From Macrostomum lignano (taxonomy: Eukaryota), in contig NIVC01002950.1 in assembly GCA_002269645.1 (NCBI GenBank), positions 1 to 64,000 of the forward strand: a DNA stretch of 64,000 nucleotides, written 5' to 3'. Of the stretch, positions 59,041 to 64,000 are shown piece after piece (within the stretch, counting starts at the first letter, position 1; every line of letters begins with the position of its first letter). The notes beneath the pieces were generated by a model that had not been told where the DNA came from, ran no database searches, and saw only the letters and a program-made list of their open reading frames with translations. The translations under genes were made by a program, and so were the position numbers.

Positions 59041-60776
59041 TGTGTGTTTACGTGGACTTTTTGGAAGTTTAGTAGCCTCGTTAGCTGGACCACCCGGTGT
59101 AGGTAGACCACTTAGGTGGACCACCAAATAATTTTGTCTCTGGTGGGGTTAAGACGTTGATGAGGATCTCACATTAATGTCAGGCGGGTCAAGAAAGGCT
59201 TAAGCAATTTTGGGATGTCTAGCATGGTTTTTTCCAAAGTTATTTGCATTTCAGTTTAGCTGGACCTCCAGCCTGGTCTACCTAAACTGAGCGAGTCTGG
59301 TCCACGTAAACCGAAAAATTTTAGAAAATTTTTCGAAAATCGTCTGTTTGTGTCTGTTTGTGTCTGTTTGTGTCTGTTTGTGTAGAGCAGTTATTAAGCA
59401 TAGATTCGATGCAAAACTGAATTTTTTACAGATCATTACCTTACGAACAAATGGCTATGTTAACATCATATTATGACCGCCACTGGCTTTAAAACAATAT
59501 GCGTTCAACATCTTTGACATTCAAGTAGGTACGCAGGTTAAATTCTGAAACCTCGTATGCGAAATGAATTTGATACAGTAAACTTTAAACTCCATTTAAT
59601 TAGCTCAGTTCCAGCAATTTCGGTATCGTACTCTGAGCACAGACTCACAGAGTAAGACACCAACGTAAAGAAATCCAATTCGCTAACCAGATCAAACGAT
59701 AAAGACTCCGAGACAAGAAAGATATTTAAGTGAAGCCTAAATAGTATTCTTCAATGACTTCTCAAGAACTCCCAGTGGTCCTTGATAGCCACACTGTGTA
59801 AATGCGAATTTCTGAGGCTCTACCATTACACAAGAAGAAAATAGCAACTTCATGAATTAAGTGCTTGCCAATTCTATCCTAAACACTATGGGATATCCTG
59901 TTCTATCCTCCTCCAATGTTGGAAGAAGAAGATCCTAAGCTGCAGCCTTTCAAGTGCAAAGTTGAAGATGCAATTTACCTAATTGAAAAGGACAATTCAT
60001 ACATGTACATGCAAAAGATTTGATCAAGAGGACGCAATTAAGAAGGGCCTTTTAGCTAGCGATTGGGTCTCTGACTCTCTAGCAAAAGGTCGACTTGATT
60101 GCGGTCCCAGTAAAACTAAGAACGCATTAACAGTCAGCCTAACACTCACTGTCTGTTTGGTCCACGTAAACACATGTGCAGGAGTATAGGGTTGGAACAG
60201 ACAGACAGACAGACCTCCCTTTCTATAATTGGCTGGTTAACACTTAGGAGGATAGATCCACCCCAACAATGGGACCGACCGCAGCCAATAGGAAACCCGC
60301 AAGCGTTCTGAAGGTAAGACAGTGGAGAGAGGGATATATAATGTCTAAGCGGGTGGTCCACGTAAACCATGGCGTAGTGAGACCAGACACAGACAGTTTA
60401 AAAGAAAGTACTTATAATCCATACTATACAACTCTAAAGGATTGCAATTGTATAAATTAGAACGGTTTTTTATACTTAATAGGTCTAATGTTAATCATTA
60501 CTCCAAGTTTCATCCATATATAAATTTATTGTGCCAAAAACTGTAATCTACAACCAAGATATGATGACCCGCAAAAAAGGACGCCAAGCCTAAAATAAAA
60601 ACTAAAAAAACACCGTCGCAAAAAGCCACTGCGAAATCGAAGAAGCCGCATCGCCTGGTGAAAATCATCAGTCTGCTCGCAAATCCGTCGACACCGAGTC
60701 CAGAAAAGTGAGTTTCGTTTGATGATCTCAAAGTAGCTAGCTGCAAGGCCTGCAACTCAATTGCTGTAGAGAAGCT

Positions 60777-63700
60777 GGTCCACCTAACCTACAGACTCAA
60801 CTCGAACAGATTTCTCTGTCTGTTTGAGGCTCTGGCTCTCAGAGCCGCTGAGAAAGTTTAGTGCCGAGAATGCTTCAGTTTGTTAGAATGCAATCAGAAC
60901 ATATTCCTAGAAAGTGAGCTAGTCCAGCATCAAGGCAGAACATCTGGATGTGTAACGAGAGGCTCTCGGAGATTCCTGGCTCAGATTATCGCCTAGAAGT
61001 GCTGTGGAGTAGCTGGTCCACCTAACCTACAGACACAACTCGAACAGATTTCTCTGTCTGTTTAGGCTCTGGCTCTCAGAGCCGCCGAGAAAGTTTAGTG
61101 CCGAGAATGCTTCAGTTTGTTAGAATGCAATCAGAACAGATTCCTAGAAAGTGAGCTAGTCCAGCATCAAGGCAGAACATCTGGATGTGTAACGAGAGGC
61201 TCTCGGAGATTCCTGGCTCAGATTATCGCCTAGAAGTGCTGTAGAATAGCTGGTCCACCTAACCTACAGACACAACTCGAACAGATTTCTCTGTCTGTTT
61301 GAGGCTCTGGCTCTTAAATGGTCCACATAACCTACAGACAGAACTGAAGCAGCTCTCTCAGTCTGTTTGAGGCTTTGTCTCTCAGAAGGTGGTCCACCTA
61401 ACCTACAGACACAACTCGAGCAGATTTCTCTGTCTGTTTAGGCTCTGGCTCTTAGAGCCGCCGAGAAAGTTTAGTGCAGAAAATGCTTCAGTTTGTTAGA
61501 ATGCAATCAGAACAGATTCCTAGAAAGTGAGCTAGTCCAGCATCAAGGCAGAACATCTGGATGTGTAACGAAAGTCTCTCGAAGACTCCTGGCTCAGATT
61601 ATCGCCTAGAAGTGCTGTGGAGTAGCTGGTCCACCTAACCTACAGACACAACTCGAACAGATTTCTGTCTGTTTGAGGCTCTGGCTCTCAGAGCCGCCGA
61701 GAAAGTTTAGTGCCGAGAATGCTTCAGTTTGTTAGAATGTAATCAGAACAGATTCCTAGAAAGTAAGCTAGTCCAGCATCAAGGCAGAACATCTGGATGT
61801 GTAACGAGAGGCTCTCGGAGATTCCTGGCTCAGATTATCGCCTAGAAGTGCTGTAGAATAGCTGGTCCACCTAACCTACAGACACAACTCGAACAGATTT
61901 CTCTGTCTGTTTGAGGCTCTGGCTCTCAGAGCCGCCGAGAAAATTTAGTGCCGAGAATGCTTCAGTTTGTTAGAATGCAATCAGAACAGATTCCTAGAAA
62001 GTGAGCTAGTCCAGCATCAAGGCAGAACATCTGGATGTGTAACGAGAGGCTCTTGGAGATTCCTGGCTCAGATTATCGCCTAGAAGTGCTGTAGAATAGC
62101 TGGTCCACCTAACCTAAAGACACAACTCGAACAGATTTCTCTGTCTGTTTGAGGCTCTGGCTCTTAAATGGTCCACATAACCTACAGACAGAACTGAAGC
62201 AGCTCTCTCAGTCTGTTTGAGGCTTTGTCTCTCAGAAGGTGGTCCACCTAACCTACAGACACAACTCGAGCAGATTTCTCTGTCTGTTTAGGCTCTGGCT
62301 CTTAGAGCCACCGAGAAAGTTTAGTGCAGAAAATGCTTCAGTTTGTTAGAATGCAATCAGAACAGATTCCTAGAAAGTGAGCTAGTCCAGCATCAAGGCA
62401 GAACATCTGGATGTGTAACGAGAGGCTCTCGGAGATTCCTGGCTCGGATTATCGCCTAGAAGTGCTGTAGAATAGCTGGTCCACCTAACCTACAGACACA
62501 ACTCGAACAGATTTCTCTGTCTGTTTGAGGCTCTGGCTCTTAAATGGTCCACATAACCTACAAACAGAACTGAAGCAGCTCTCTCAGTCTGTTTGAGGCT
62601 TTGTTTCTCAGAAGGTGGTCCACCTAACCTACAGACACAACTCGAGCAGATTTCTCTGTCTGTTTAGGCTCTGGCTCTTAGAGCCGCCGAGAAAGTTTAG
62701 TGCAGAAAATTCTTCAGTTTGTTAGAATGCAATCAGAACAGATTCCTAGAACGTGAGCTAGTCCAGCATCAAGGCAGAACATCTGGATGTGTAACGAAAG
62801 TCTCTCGAAGACTCCTGGCTCAGATTATCGCCTAGAAGTGCTGTGGAGTAGCTGGTCCACCTAACCTACAGACACAACTCGAACAGATTTCTGTCTGTTT
62901 GAGGCTCTGGATCTCAGAGCCGCTGAGAAAGTTTAGTGCCGAGAATTCTTCAGTTTGTTAGAATGTAATCAGAACAGATTCCTAGAAAGTGAGCTAGTCC
63001 AGCATCAAGGCAGAACATCTGGATGTGTAACGAGAGGCTCTCGGAGATTCCTGGCTCAGATTATCGCCTAGAAGTGCTGTAGAATAGCTGGTCCATCTAA
63101 CCTACAGACACAACTCGAACAGATTTCTCTGTCTGTTTGAGGCTCTGGCTCTTAAATGGTCCACATAACCTACAAACAGAACTGAAGCAGCTCTCTCAGT
63201 CTGTTTGAGGCTTTGTCTCTCAGAAGGTGGTCCACCTAACCTACAGACACAACTCGAGCAGATTTCTCTGTCTGTTTAGGCTCTGGCTCTTAGAGCCACC
63301 GAGAAAGTTTAGTGCAGAAAATGCTTCAGTTTGTTAGAATGCAATCAGAACAGATTCCTAGAAAGTGAGCTAGTCCAGCATCAAGGCAGAACATCTGGAT
63401 GTGTAACGAGAGGCTCTCGGAGATTCCTGGCTCGGATTATCGCCTAGAAGTGCTGTGGAGTAGCTGGTCCACCTAACCTACAGACACAACTCGAACAGAT
63501 TTCTGTCTGTTTGAGGCTCTGGATCTCAGAGCCGCTGAGAAAGTTTAGTGCCGAGAATGCTTCAGTTTGTTAGAATGTAATCAGAACAGATTCCTAGAAA
63601 GTGAGCTAGTCCAGCATCAAGGCAGAACATCTGGATGTGTAACGAGAGGCTCTCGGAGATTCCTGGCTCAGATTATCGCCTAGAAGTGCTGTAGAATAGC

Positions 63701-64000
63701 TGGTCCACCTAACCTACAGACACAACTCGAACAGATTTCTCTGTCTGTTTGAGGCTCTGGCTCTCAGAGCCGCCGAGAAAGTTTAGTCCCGAGAATGCTT
63801 CAGTTTGTTAGAATGCAATCAGAACAGATTCCTAGAAAGTGAGCTAGTCCAGCATCAAGGCAGAACATCTGGATGTGTAACGAGAGGCTCTTGGAGATTC
63901 CTGGCTCAGATTATCGCCTAGAAGTGCTGTAGAATAGCTGGTCCATCTAACCTACAGACACAACTCGAACAGATTTCTGTCTGTTTAAGGCTCTGGCTCT
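60777..64000. repeat. Composite satellite: ~237-bp monomers interspersed with a 68+71-bp doublet
   Basis: GGTCCAC unit starts at 60777, 61015, 61252, 61320, 61391, 61628, 61864, 62102, 62170, 62241, 62478, 62546, 62617, 62854, 63090, 63158, 63229, 63466, 63702 and 63940. Confidence 0.95.

Noticed and set aside
60510-60755. 81-aa minus-strand ORF and Lys-rich plus-strand frames next to the satellite
   Set aside because: They are short, have no recognisable domain, and the plus-strand frames are interrupted by stops.

Overview
Eukaryotic (metazoan) genomic DNA with spliceosomal introns, tRNA-derived SINEs, DNA transposon remnants and many minisatellites. The style resembles the repeat-rich genomes of free-living flatworms such as Macrostomum; this is inference, not a database result. 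Protein-coding content, with exons assembled by hand from splice signals and frame continuity: (1) a two-exon, C2-C2-only copine-like gene whose intron is best read as GC-AG (6273-7633, +); (2) a tandem pair of secreted C-type-lectin + PAN/apple-like genes (11111-11908; 13230-14140, +); (3) a three-exon four-TM, MS4A/CD20-like gene (24920-27198, +); (4) the first eight coding exons (860 codons) of MON2 (30916-55276, +; the gene continues beyond the window), with most introns carrying their own tandem repeats; (5) nested antisense in MON2 intron 4, a two-exon gene for an unrecognised 382-aa secreted protein with many furin-type basic sites (39093-36810, -). This nested gene is the strongest novelty candidate. 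A transposon cluster at 14.5-18 kb holds two deleted Tc1/mariner-type elements and a Crypton/DUF3504-type tyrosine recombinase fragment bounded by AACCATAGAC inverted ends. A three-layer nested DNA element with a 9-bp TSD lies at 19665-22448, and a composite 237/68/71-bp satellite fills the last 3.2 kb. Most long ORFs in the ORF track are artefacts of tandem repeats. No CRISPR array, rRNA or intact tRNA gene was found.
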